From contig VJWM01000144.1 in assembly GCA_010909165.1 (NCBI GenBank), forward strand, positions 62,001 to 126,000: a stretch of 64,000 bases of DNA, read 5' to 3'. The DNA comes from Anthoceros angustus. Its lineage: Eukaryota > Plantae > Anthocerotophyta. The position numbers and the translations under genes are program-made. The notes under the pieces are model-generated. The model made no database searches. It was given only the letters and a program-made list of their open reading frames with translations, and was not told where the DNA came from. This document shows, in pieces, positions 50,201 to 62,600 of the stretch; the first letter of the stretch is position 1, and every line of letters starts with the position of its first letter.

Positions 50201-53200
50201 GGGGGGAAATGGTGCTAGTTGACGAAGATTTCAAAGTTCGGGTGTTCGAGATCAGCCATCCTGCGATGTTGAGACCAGGGCATATTCAGTTACCGGGACC
50301 AGGGCATAACATTTGTGTTTCCACAGATGGATATTGTTTACTGGCCTTGTATAAGTCCCTTGCAGATGGACCTGCGGAAGCAGCAGAGCGCTTGACGCAA
50401 CGCAGTGACCAGAGTGAACATACCCAGCTTGCAGTGGACGATTCTGCTGAAGGTTCTTTAAAGATTGAGGTCTACCTGCTTGGGGAATCAATGTGTCATC
50501 TCAAGACACTCTTCCTTGACTACGCAGTAGCAGACGTAAGAAGCATTAATGCAGCTGTGGTGGCCTTTGGATCACAGGTCCATCTCGTACTTCTGGATGC
50601 TTCAAGGCCGGACAGAGGCATATGCTCAAAAGTCATTGAGATCACAACGGCTTCCGAAGTCTGCCAGCTGCAACATATGTATAGAGGTCGGCAGACTGCC
50701 ATTTCTTCTGAAAGAACTGAAAAGGGTGGCCATGGCTGTCCGGCTTTAGACTATGTCTACCACATATTTGAGAAGTATGCCACGAGCCCCCCTCTGATCC
50801 AGAAGACAAGATATCTCCATCTCCATCTGGTTTTGGCTGGTGAATCCAAGGAGAAACAGGAGGCTTTGAAGCGCAGCTCTGTGAGTTACGTCAATTGTTC
50901 CTTGAACAAGCTGGCACGAGATAAAGGGAAACAGTTCTCGCAGCTGAGAATAGCTGTTTCCGCAGGCACTGTGGATAGCTACATTGTCCATAATATCCTT
51001 TTGGAGAGCACGGAAGGTAGGAACATTGTGAATTTAGGGGATTGGGTGCGACAACTTGTTTGCCTTGTGCCCATTCAAATAGCCCGAGCCGAGAAGAATA
51101 CCCTGCGGCCTTTAGTAGACGGTCTGCAAAATCCCAACCTGAATTATGCAGATGCAGTGGGGCTTGCTCAGGCTCTACGATTTGGTTTCTACGACTCCGT
51201 GTTAGCCCACTGGTCTGGGAATATCAAAGTGATATCGTCCATGGGTAAGCAGAGCAGTGGTAAGTCCTACCTGCTGAACCATTTGGCTGGTTCTTTATTC
51301 GATGTGGCTGGAGGCCGATGCTCAGACGGAGTGTGGATGACAATGCGTGCATCCCAAAGCTGCTTATACGTAATTCTGGACTTCGAGGGCCTGGGAAGCT
51401 TTGAGAGAAGCGAGCAGGAGGATATGCTATACTCTGTTCTAAATGCATCTGTAAGCAATATCACGATATTCACTAACAAGGTAAGGCATTCAATCTGTCC
51501 TTGTGGATTTCGGTACTGAGTGTACAGCAACGCATAGGGCTAACCACACGATCTGGACAGGATTTTCATGTTGACAAGGAAATAGGAGCTGTCTTTGACC
51601 GTCTTGAGAATGGCGTAAGCTTGGTTACGCGGGACAACCGGCTCTTTAAGGGCATCTTGTATATGGCCATCAAAGACGTGGATATATCAGACGTGGATGA
51701 CGTGAAAGAAGAATTCTCGGCGAAGATACAGCAAAGATGTGACAAATCTCAACACTGCTTTCTCACAAAGATGTACGGCGGGGGGGTTGAGATAGCAGCG
51801 ATGCCACCCTTCCAAAAGTTGGAATTTCACGACAGTGTTGCCGCTGTAGCTACAGCTTTAGAGGAATTGGAAGCTGTCCACCGCAATGGCAACAACTTTG
51901 CAGTAGATCTGAAGCTGGTAATGGCTCAGATAACTGCCAAGGATTGGTCTCCAATTGACTCAAAGCGCTTAGCTTTGAAACTGGAGCTCCTCAAGAGACA
52001 CATGAATGCAGCGATCGCTATGGGAAAGGTGATGAGCAAGGCACACCATGTTCTGAGAAACTTTGCAACGCAGGAGGAAGTGGCTGATATCCCTGTTGAG
52101 GTTGACGGTGTGGTCTTCCATCTTAGTGACACGGACTTGAACCTGTACCCTCACGAGGACAGCCAAGAGATGGGTGAGATACTTCAGACCCTGAATGATC
52201 ATTTCCAAGGTGTAGAAAAGCGGACTGGTGTGGATGATGAGCGGTGGCACACTTCCTTTGAGAAATTTCTCATGGCATTGGCTGATAGGCGGAGGGGGAG
52301 AATTCTTGAATGGATCAGGTGCAACACAGCAGAGTTCCAGCAGGAGGATGGTGATGTTCAGAAGCTTCGTTCGGAAGCTATTGCCACGCTGGCTGAAGTC
52401 AAGCAGAGTCTGTCCCTCTGTAGCAGCAAATGCGAGACCTGTTTCCTGCGATGCGTTATTTCGAAAGGTCATCCAGGCCTGCACACGTGCAGGGGGAAGC
52501 ATTACTGCTCGGACGTTTGTACGTTTTGCTCTGAGGAGCAATTGACGAGCTTGCTGTCTAGTGCGTGTGGCCATCTCTCGGGACATGAAGGTCCACACGA
52601 CTGTAAGTGCAGAAGTCACACTTGTGCAAAGGATTGTTCTCTTCTCAAGTCATCCACCTGCAATCGGACTTGTGCCATGAAGCCTGGACATGGTGGGGAC
52701 CACAGGTGCGATACCAAGCAGCACTTGTGCGCAGAGAAGTGCTCTTTACCGGAGTGCAGAAACCTCTGCACTATCAGTGTTGACGGCGGAGAACATGACG
52801 ACCATATCTGTCATGAAAGGATGTGTCCCATGACGTGCATCGTGGACGGGTGCAACAGGAAGTGCATATTCGGGGACCACTTTCATTCTGTTACCTCTGC
52901 TAGGCATTTCTGCGGCAACGAGCACACTTGCAAGAAGCAGTGTGAGGCGGATGGAATGTGCGAGATTGTGACACAGGTGGTGAAGAAGACCAAGGGTTTC
53001 GATGGGAAGCGATATCGCTTTGAAGACGAGCAAGTTTCTGAGCAGAACGGGGTCAGGAAATCTTGCTGTATCCCGATTCCACCCTGGAAGTTAAAGCACG
53101 AGGGGAGGCACTGTCACAGTGTCAACCCCAAAGCAGTGCACCTTTGCACAACAAGATGTCCAGCTTGTGCATACTTCTGCAATCGTCCCATGGGGCATCT

Positions 53201-54296
53201 GGGCTTACATGACACCGCACACGGAGACATGAGGAACGTCAATTTTGTGGCAGGGTCAGAGGACATCGACCTTGTGGACTGGAAGTATGCTCGGGGAGGG
53301 TCCGGTGTGGCCGAGATGTGCGTTGTACATTGTAAAACCCAAGGCCGCGGGCACATCCACTCGGTCAGGTCTGGTGCCCATGATGGAAGCAAGGAGGGGG
53401 CAAGGCATCAGACTGGACGGCATGGGCCTGAGACGACTGTCCCCAAGACTGCAATGACTCACAAGGCATACTGGAAGCACTTGATGTTCAAGGATCCCTG
53501 CCAAGCGCGGGACCAGAGGCAGGTCGAGATGTGTCGCTCGGAAGATCATGCATCTGCAACCGCGGCATCGCGACAGCGATCCTACTGTACTGAGAGGTTG
53601 TGGGACAAATCTGTCAGGAGTACAGGATCTACAACTATGGAAGGGTATGCGACGGAGAACGGCCATGCCGTGGGCTGCAACAAGATGAAAAATGCTCCAT
53701 GCCACCTAGTGTTCGTCATCGACAGGTCCTACTCTATGGGCTCTACAGATGTGAAGCCAACACTGGCAAGATTTGCAGCCCTCAACAACCGGCTGGGCTG
53801 CGTGTACGAAGCCGTCACCCGATTCATCCGGACTCGGATTGCAGATGGTCAGCTAGATGTGGTATCCATAGTCCTCTTCCGCCAGCAAGCCATCATCGCC
53901 GTGGAGAGACAGCCCATTTCTGAGAACCTTCTAGATGGTCTCCCGCAACACTCCAAGATCCGTGGAGGCGCCATCTACTCATGCGGCCTGGATCTGGTAC
54001 AGCAGATTCTACAGCGAGCTTCTGCGGATGCCTCGATCCTAGGCAAGCAGCCTGCTGTCATCTTCCTGAGTGGCGGCGCAAATTGCGGTGTCACGGATCC
54101 GGTGGCCATGGTGAAGAAGATGAAAGACCGCGACAACAATCTCGTCTTCCACACGATTCGCTTCCGTGCAGACAATAAGGACGAGGAGACATTGCAGAGG
54201 ATGGCAGCCTCCGGCGCGGGGAAGTACCAGGTCTGCATCCACGGAGTGCAGCTAACAAGGAGCTTTGAAGGTTTAGCCAAGAGTTTGAGGACATGA
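47260..54296 (+). CDS. Giant (~2318 aa) GB1/RHD3-superfamily (VLIG-like) GTPase with beta-propeller-like region, Cys/His zinc-finger array and C-terminal VWA; exons 47260-51480 and 51561-54296
   Basis: An 80-bp GT-AG intron joins two long ORFs in frame. G1 GKQSSGKS (51244), G2 GRCSDGVW, G3 LDFEGLG, G4-like IKDV. Repeated C-x3-C...C-x4-H-x3-H-x-C units at ~52420-53350. VWA FVIDRSYSM at 53721. The ATG position is supported by the aligned ATG of copy 2, but upstream exons are not excluded. Confidence 0.88.
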
Positions 54297-54531
54297 GGTA
54301 GTCTTGAGCCATGTGCGGGCCTTCAAGAGGGGCCTTCAAGAGCAAGTTGCAAGATTCTAAATTTTTCCAGTTGCAAGATCTTTCCACAGAGCATTCTGCA
54401 ATTCATGTCTCGTGCAGAGACGTCTGTAAATGTTCTTCAAGCTTGTGGTGCAATCTCTCAGGATGGAGATCTTACAGTTGGGCAAAAGTCAGTGGTCTTG
54501 GGGCATGCGGAATGCTTGCAGACAAGGGGAT

Positions 54532-55050
54532 AGAAGAAGAAGAAGAATTTTATTTTAGTCCGCTAAGGACGGATTTCCGTCATAGGACTTGGTACTTAAC
54601 AACTTGTACCATGGTGTGCCTAAGCTACTTAGGCTGGGCATTCACTCCCTTTAGGAACCCCATCTAAGTACCGATCTAAGATAATCATGACGTCCTTATA
54701 AATGTGTGTCCATTTGGCCTAAGCCATTTGGATAGGTGCATCCATAAACGGGAGTCACGTCAAGATCCAGTCACTAAATGGAGGAAGGAGATTCATGCAT
54801 GCGCTGGCTACTCAGTGGTCCCTAGGGACTGGACGATGCAAATGCAAAGTATGACTTCCCAGCAGCCAGTCAGGAGTTAGGGAGAATGCAACAGGCAGCC
54901 ATCAATCTCCACATACTTAGATGAAACAGTTAAGCCTCTCGAAATGTCAAGTCAGATCTTGCTAGCTGAGGTGTTTGAAGCAGCAAGCTACAGAATATCT
55001 GGAAGCTGTGATTTTACAGTCTTACCACGACCTCCTACTCAGAACGGTCA
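54532..55050 (-). mobile_element. 3' fragment of a LINE-like element with stem-loop, AATAAA and (TTC)5 tail; upstream boundary approximate
   Basis: Minus strand ends GTCCTATGACGGAAATCCGTCCTTAGCGGACTAAAATAAAA(TTC)5. Confidence 0.7.
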
Positions 55051-55253
55051 CAGCCTAGGAAACGCAAGCTAAACCGAAACACACCTGGTCTAACACGCGG
55101 TTTTTAAATATAAGCATTAATCCCGGATGACAGGGGGATGACACAGGATAGATATCCCGGCCGATCCGCTTTTGAATTTTTATGGGCACGTGATGTATCT
55201 AACAAATCCGGGTAAACGGAGCGACATATCCTCATCCTCCGCTATCCATAATC

Positions 55254-55556
55254 TTAATTTTGCCGTAAATGGGTAAATGTCTTCTCCCTTCCAAGGATGT
55301 CATCCAAAACATGAGTTCCCATCCACATACAATGTCCCAAGCACATAGAGGACCAGGATCTTTCTTTTATTTCTTCCTCCCTCCATTCATTCATCACTGA
55401 TGCTTCTTCCCTCTGTTCATTCATCTTCGTTGTTGACGCTGGAATTTTTACTTGTCTAATCTTTGGCATAAGCACCAAATCCGTAGTATGAAGCACCAAA
55501 TCCATGCTATGAGAACGAACACGGCATGGCGCATCTTTTCGAATCTCTAAACTCAA
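55254..55556 (-). mobile_element. Possible PIF/Harbinger transposase C-terminal remnant
   Basis: EQREEASVMNEWREE...MW resembles the terminal helix of PIF/Harbinger nucleases; nearby CCCGG/GATGAC motifs. No clean TIR pair found. Confidence 0.3.
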
Positions 55557-56640
55557 TGTTCTGTCTCTTCATGGTAAGACAGTGCCGTTTTTCCTTCATC
55601 AAAACCCACTTCCAGCAAACTTCGCTCAAGACCTCGTAAAAATACACAAAGTCCAAACGCTCACAAATCGACATCAACTCCAAACGAGTCGTTTCAGCGT
55701 TCTGGGGTTAAAAGGCTGGGAAGCGAGGGCGATGGAGTCCTTTGTAGTGGTTAGCAACTGCATCTGGATGGGAGACGTTTGTACAAGGTAGGCAACGGCA
55801 ATCGCGGAGTAGCTTATCTCCATCTCCCGCCGCCAGCAATTGATGACCCGCCCAAATTAATTATACAGAGATAAACGCGATGCCCCAATGCTCCCGTACC
55901 CCCAGGCCGTCGTGGGCATCGCGCATGGCTCTGAGAATGGATGGGGCGGCATGTGTGCACAGAGATTTGGGCATGGAGACCTCGAAGCATGTGCATGGCG
56001 TTCCGTCGCTGATGGGCATGGGGCGGAAACCGGAAACCGGGAACCGGGGGTGCTGGTGGTCTGTTCGGCCGTTCGGCCTCGGGAGTAGAGCGCAGCCTTC
56101 GCAATGATGGTCATTATGGGGCGACTTAGGCAGCATCAATGGCGGAGTCGGTCATCCCGGCCGCCGATAATAACTGATGACCCGCCGGAACTCGTCGCTC
56201 TATGAAACGCGAATCGGCGAGCGTGTTTTCAGGATCTCTTCTGAGTCGACTTCCACTCTCATCTTCCCGCGAAGTGCGAGAGGCGAGATTTTGCGTCTAG
56301 CAGGAAGCCTTGGTGTGCGCCTCCTTTCTGTGCGCGCTGCCGGGCGAGTTCTCGCTTCTGGTATGAACTTCCTTCCCTTCCTGCTTCGATTCGATTGAGC
56401 CTGTCCCAAAACACAAGGAGCTTGTGCTTGCTTTGCTTGCTCGCGTTTCTCGAGTTCTTAGGAGCGGAATCTGCAGTCGTCTGTCGGCGTCTGGAGCTTT
56501 TCAAGTTTCAAGCTTGTGTGGTCAGGTATGTCTGTGTCCGAGATGACTGGTAAGTCCCATGTCTGCGGTTTGGAATGCATCCAATTGAACGTCCTTTGAA
56601 GCGTGTGCTTGCTCGGGGGAGCGCAGGTCGCTGAAGGAGC

Positions 56641-59600
56641 ATGGGAGGAGGTCCAGAACTGTTGGAGGGAGCGTCGGAATTGAGCGGCGATGAGGTTTTG
56701 ACCCCGCGTGGCCTGATACCGAAAGCGGTGTAGCTCACCCAGGGAGTTCATATCAGTAAGGAGCAGTGGGGATGCGGCAATGGCGCTCCTCTAATTTGTG
56801 TTGCATCCTCGCCTGTGAGCCAGCGGGTTGAAATAATTGATTCCCTCGTTTTGCGAGGGAAGACGGGGAGGTTGATGTAGCCGACGCTGGTGAGTGCGGT
56901 TCTCCTCCTGTTGTTGTTCCTCACCCTGTCTTGGAGGTTGAGGCCGTTGGAGCTGAAACTGCATCCCTGGTGGGGTTGGAAGATGACCGGGAGAAGGTTG
57001 AGAGAGTTTCCGTTCCCCCGAATGTGAGGCCGGGGGTTGCGAAGGTGTTACCTGATGCTAGCAGCGATGCAAGTGTTGAGGGGCCGACTCTGCACAGGCT
57101 CATGCACCTGAGGGATGATAAGCTGGATCAGAGCTTTGTGGAGAAGGTCGTCTTACCTCCAGACGAGATTGTGAAGTTCTGCAATGAGGTCAGACTGAAG
57201 TCAGCAGCGTGTCGTGATGGAAAGACGGTGCTGGATTTCAATGCGTTGAACAACGAATCTGTACACGCTGTGGGACTGTATGGGAGCAAGAAAATTCTCG
57301 CTCGAATTTTCTCGGAGCTTGGGTTGCAGACTGTGGTGTCCTCGATGCTTGGCTCTCTTGATGTAGGGATTTATGGCTTTCTTCATCAGGGAGTATTGTT
57401 CATCTTCTATTGGCATGAGGGTGAGCGAATGCTTGAGGCCTCCAGGAAGGATGTGTCTTGCAACTTCATTCGTTATGTGGCGGACTTGTGTGCCACTGTT
57501 TACATCTGCCTGGACGATGAAAATGACGTGGATTTGTCTCTCATGACCTCGGGGCACTCTACTGCTGCCTCTATAAAGCAGCGTACGCGGAGGCTGCAGA
57601 TATCAGTGGTCAGGCAGTCAGAGAACGATTTGAAGCTGCGGAAAGGCTTTCACAACTGTTCTTCTATCCTCACAGGGAAGAAGCCAGGCAATGTCGAGAC
57701 ATCTTCCTGCTCGGAGCGTGGTCTCAGACTTGCGGGCGGTCTTCACCGTTGCGTTTTTCTTACTTCATCACGTGTCCCTCCTAAGAAAGTTTTGAATCCA
57801 CATCAGAAGACTGTGGAGATTCGAAACTTTGCAAAGCTTGTTGAGGAATGGTGTGCTTCCGCTAATCTTGACTTCATTCAACTACCTCACCGTGACTTTT
57901 GCCTGTTTCTAGAGCATGCTGGTCTTGAAGGGAGCAGAGACTATCGCGCGCTGAAGGATTCCTTCGAAGTACGAAGAAAATCTCTAAAGGAAAAGTTTTA
58001 CAACTTAGAGGAGCGCTTGCAGGATGAAGAAAAGAAGATTTTGAATATTCTAAACGGAGTTCAAAATGCGTACTTGAAGCTTTACCATCCATGGGCTGAG
58101 AGCCTTGTTGCGACCTCTGAGGTTGACTCGTCCGGTGGAGCCTCCTCACCCGTGCAGAGTGCGTTCGAACCCAACGATGTGCTTCAGGCAGAAGCTGCCC
58201 TGGTTAACATCTGGACAGGTGACTGTGCGGTTCAAGCAGGAGAAAAGTCTGAATCTTTCATTTTGTTGGAAGAACCAGATTGCTTACGTGCAAGGCTCTG
58301 AATGATCATGGCCGACGGGACCTCATGGCGCACTGAGAGCTATGACACTGACGAGTTCATCGTGGTTAGCTTTTCCTCAGCACGGTCTTCAAGATCGGCA
58401 GGGCCTATCCTTTATGGGGAGGAATTTGTGGCCATAGCCAGAGGCGTTGTAGCAGAGAACCAGATTAAGCTTACGTGCAAGGCTCTGAATGAGAATTTTC
58501 CGGAAGGTCCTGTGTTAACGTCTCGATATATGAGCGTCACCATCCAGCATGTCAGTATCCAAAATCGAAGTATTAAGAAAGTGGCCCAATTGATGCTTAG
58601 TACAGGAGGACCATCAGGCGAAGGGATGCTTGCATGGATGGAGTCATATGGCAAGCCTGTTGTCCACCCTATCCAAGAAAGCATCGATACTCTGGTCTCT
58701 GCAGTTGAAAATTCTTCGATCAACAGTGACACCATCGTTGCTCGAGTTTTACAAGCTGCACACGAGGTCTTGAAGTCGTCTGAGCTTCTCATCCAATTTA
58801 AGAAGCGATATTCAAAGCAAGCTCTGGCGCAGTTGAAAATTCTTCGATCAACAGTGACACCATCGTTGCTCGAGTTTTACAAGCTGCACACGAGGTCTTG
58901 AAGTCGTCTGAGCTTCTCATCCAATTTAAGCGATATTCAAAGCAAGTTATGGCGCAATTGTTGAAGGAAAATGAAGTGAACATGGACTCCAAAAGCCCCA
59001 CCCAGGAGGCGGAAAACGCGTTCAACCTCGTTGCCCCTGAGGAGAGGAACTACTCCTGCAACTGGTGCGGAAGGTTTATGTTGAAGCCCGTGTTGAATTT
59101 TCGCGCGCAGTACAGACAATGGTGAAGAAGGAACTATGCCCCATGTTGATGAAGAAGATGGAGTTTGAAGCAAAGCATAATACCACTTTCCTAGAGCAGT
59201 CCTTTCGAAAGGAGGAAAGGGAATTTGTGACTAGCTTGCAGCAGCAGCTGTCCAGAGGGACACTTCGAGAGCGTCGTCTGTCTGTCCGAAGTTGTATCTT
59301 TCAGCGTGGTGTGAAAGAGACCTTCCAACCTAAAGCTTTACTTAAAACTATCGGTTTGCTTCGCAGCTCAGAAGGTAAAAGCTGTGACAAGCTGGAGGTT
59401 CATTTTTTGTTGGAAGAACCAGACAGTGAGCGGCTCGCGTGGACCATAGCTGAGCTTACACCGATGAAGAAGATGGAGTTTGAAGCAAAGCATAATACCA
59501 CTTTCCTAGAGCAGTCCTTTCGAAAGGAGGAAAGGCAATTTTGTGACTAGCTTGCAGCAGCAGCTGTCCAGGGGACACTTCGAGAGCGTCGTCTGTCTGT

Positions 59601-62600
59601 CCGAAGTTGTATCTTTCAGCGTGGTGTGAAAGAGACCTTCCAACCTAAAGCTTTACTTAAAACTATCGGTTTTCTTTCAGGCCGCAGAAGGTAAAAGCTG
59701 TGACAAGCTGGAGGTTCATTTTGTTGGAAGAACCAGACAGTGAGCGGCTCGCGTGGACCATAGCTGAGCTTACACCGATGAAGAAAGATTTGGACGCTTT
59801 CATGTGACCTGGGCACCTCATCATCCCAAAATGTTCGGAAAACCACAGGTTGATTGAGGTCGACCCAAACTTACAGAGGCTATTTCAAGTAGTTGCGGTG
59901 AAATCTGGTGAAGTTTTAGTGTTCGTGGAGCATCTTGAAGAGCCAGCAGTTCATCTCTACGTGCTCTCGAGGTTGGGTGTAGAGATACAAGGCATGAATT
60001 CCGTCAAGAGATTCAAAAGAGGTTACGACCTTATGGCTGTGGACGAAGTCTCGAAATTTGTTGGCCTCTATGATAGGAAAATGGAAAAAATCGAGATCCT
60101 GCGCCTTGACGAATCCTTCCGCCACTCGGACTGGTCTGGAGTTACCTTGAATCTCTCGGGGCCTCCATTAGGATTTTGACTTATGTCCTTCATCCCTGGC
60201 CGGGGAAATGGTGCTAGTTGACGAAGATTCAAAGTTCGGGTGTTCGAGATCAGTCAACCTGCGATGCTGCGACCAGGGCATATGCAGTTACCTGGTCGTG
60301 CCCATAAGATTTGTGTTTCCACAGATGGATCTTGTTTAATGGCTTTCTACAAGGCTCTTCCAGACGGACCTTCGGAAGCAGCAGAGGGATGACGGAGAGT
60401 AGTGACGAGAGCGAAGATACAGAGCCTGAAATGGACGAGTCTGCTGAAGGTTCTTTAAAGATTGAGGTCTACTTGCTTGGCGAATCAATATGTCATCTCA
60501 AGACACTCTTGGCTACGCAGTAGCAGACGTAAGAAGCATTGATGCAGCTGTAGTGGCCTTCGGATCACAGGTCCATCTCGTACTTCTGGATTCTTCCAGG
60601 CCGGAGAAAGGAATATGGTCAAACGTCATCGAGATCACAACGGCTTCCGAAGTCTGCCAGCTGCAACATATGTACAGAGGTCGACAAACTGGCATTGCCT
60701 CTGAAAGCACTGAAAAGGGTGGCCATGGCTGTCCGGCTTTGGATTATGTTTACCAGATGTTTGAGAAGTATTCGACGAGTCCCCTTTGATCCAAAAGACC
60801 AGGTATCTCCATCTCCATCTGGTTTTGGCTGGTGAATCCAAGGAGAAACTGGAGGCTTTGAAGCGCAGCTCTGTGAGTTACGTGAAAGGTTCCATGGACA
60901 AGCTGGCACGAGATAAAGGGAAACAGTTCTCGCAGCTGAGGTTAGCTGTTTCCGCAGGCACGGTGGATAGCTACATCGTCCATAATTTTCTTGTGCAGAG
61001 CACGGAAGGTAGGAACATTGTGAATTTAGGGATTGGGTGCGACAACTTGTTTGCCTTGTGCCCATTCAAATAGCCTGAGCTGAAAACAATACCTTGCGGC
61101 CTTTGGTGAACGGTCTGCAAAATCCCAACCTGAATTATGCAGATGCTGTGGGGCTTGCTGAGGCTCTACGATTTGGTTTCTATGACTCCGTATTAGCCCA
61201 CTGGTCTGGGAATATCAAAGTGATATCGTCCATGGGAAAGCAAAGCAGTGGAAAGTCCTACCTGCTCAACCATTTGGCCGGCTCGTTACTCGATGTGGCT
61301 GCAGGCAGATGCACGGACGGAGTATGGATGACTATGCGGGCATCGGAAAGCTGCTTATATGTCCTTCTGGACTTCGAGGGCCTGGGAAGCTTTGAGAGAA
61401 GCGAGCAGGAGGATATGCTCCTCTCTATTCTGAATGCAGCTGTAAGCAACATCACCATATTCAACAAAACGGTAAGACATCCAATCTGACCTTGTGGATT
61501 TGGTCATTATGATGCGTGGTGCCGTAACACATAGGGCTGACCCCATGATGTGGACAGGATTTTCATCTGGACAAGGAAACAGAAGCCGTGTTTGAACGCT
61601 TTCAGAATGGCGTCAGCTTGGTAAAGCAGGACAGCCGGCTCTTTAAGGGCCTCTTTTACATGGCCATCAAAGACGTGGATACATCAGACGTGGATGACTT
61701 GAAAGAGGAGTTCTCAGCGAAAATACAGCAAATATGTAACAAATCGCCAGACAACTTTCTCACAAAGATGTACGGCGGGGCGGTTGAGATAGCGATGCCA
61801 CCCTTCCAAAGGTCGGAATATCACGAGAGCGTTGCTGAGGTAGCTGCAACTGTGGAGGAATTGGAATCGGTCCACCATGGCAACAACTTTGCAGTAGACC
61901 TGAAGCTGGTAATAGCTCAGATCACCGCCAAGGATTGGTCTCCAATCGACTCGAAGCGCTTAGCTTTGAAACTGGAACTCCTGAAAAGACACATGAATGC
62001 AGCGATCACTATGGGAAAGCTGATGAGCAAGGCAGACTATGCACTGACGAACTTTGCAACGCAGGAGGAAGTGGCTGACATCCCTGTTGAGGTTGATGGT
62101 GTGGTCTTTCATCTTAGTGACACTGACTTGGAACTGTACCCTTACGAGGAGACCCAAGTGATGGGTAAGATTGTTCAGACTCTGAATGATCATTTCCAAG
62201 GTGTAGAGAAGCGGACTGGTGTGGATGATGAGAGCTGGCACACTTCCTTCGAGAAATTTCTCATGGCATTGGCTGATAGACGGAGGAGCAGAATTCTGGA
62301 ATGGCTCAGGTGCAACACAACAGATTTTCCGGAGGATGGTGACGTTCAGAAGCTTCGTTTGGAAGCTATTGCCACGCTGGCAGAAGTGAAGCAGAGCCTG
62401 TCCCTGTGTAGCTGCAAGTGCGAGAAGTGTTTCCTGAGATGCGTTCTTGAGAAAGGTCATCCAGGCCTGCACACGTGCAGGGGGAAGCATTACTGCTCGG
62501 ACGTTTGTACGTTTTGCTCTGAGGAGCAATTGACGAGCTTGCTGTCTAGTGCGTGTGGCCATCTCTCGGGACATGAAGGTCCACACGACTGTAAGTGCAG

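Noticed and set aside
51244-51700. Calling the GTPase RHD3/atlastin
   Set aside because: The G domain is internal in a ~2300-aa protein, has a VLIG-like GRC[T/S] motif, and no transmembrane hairpin is evident.
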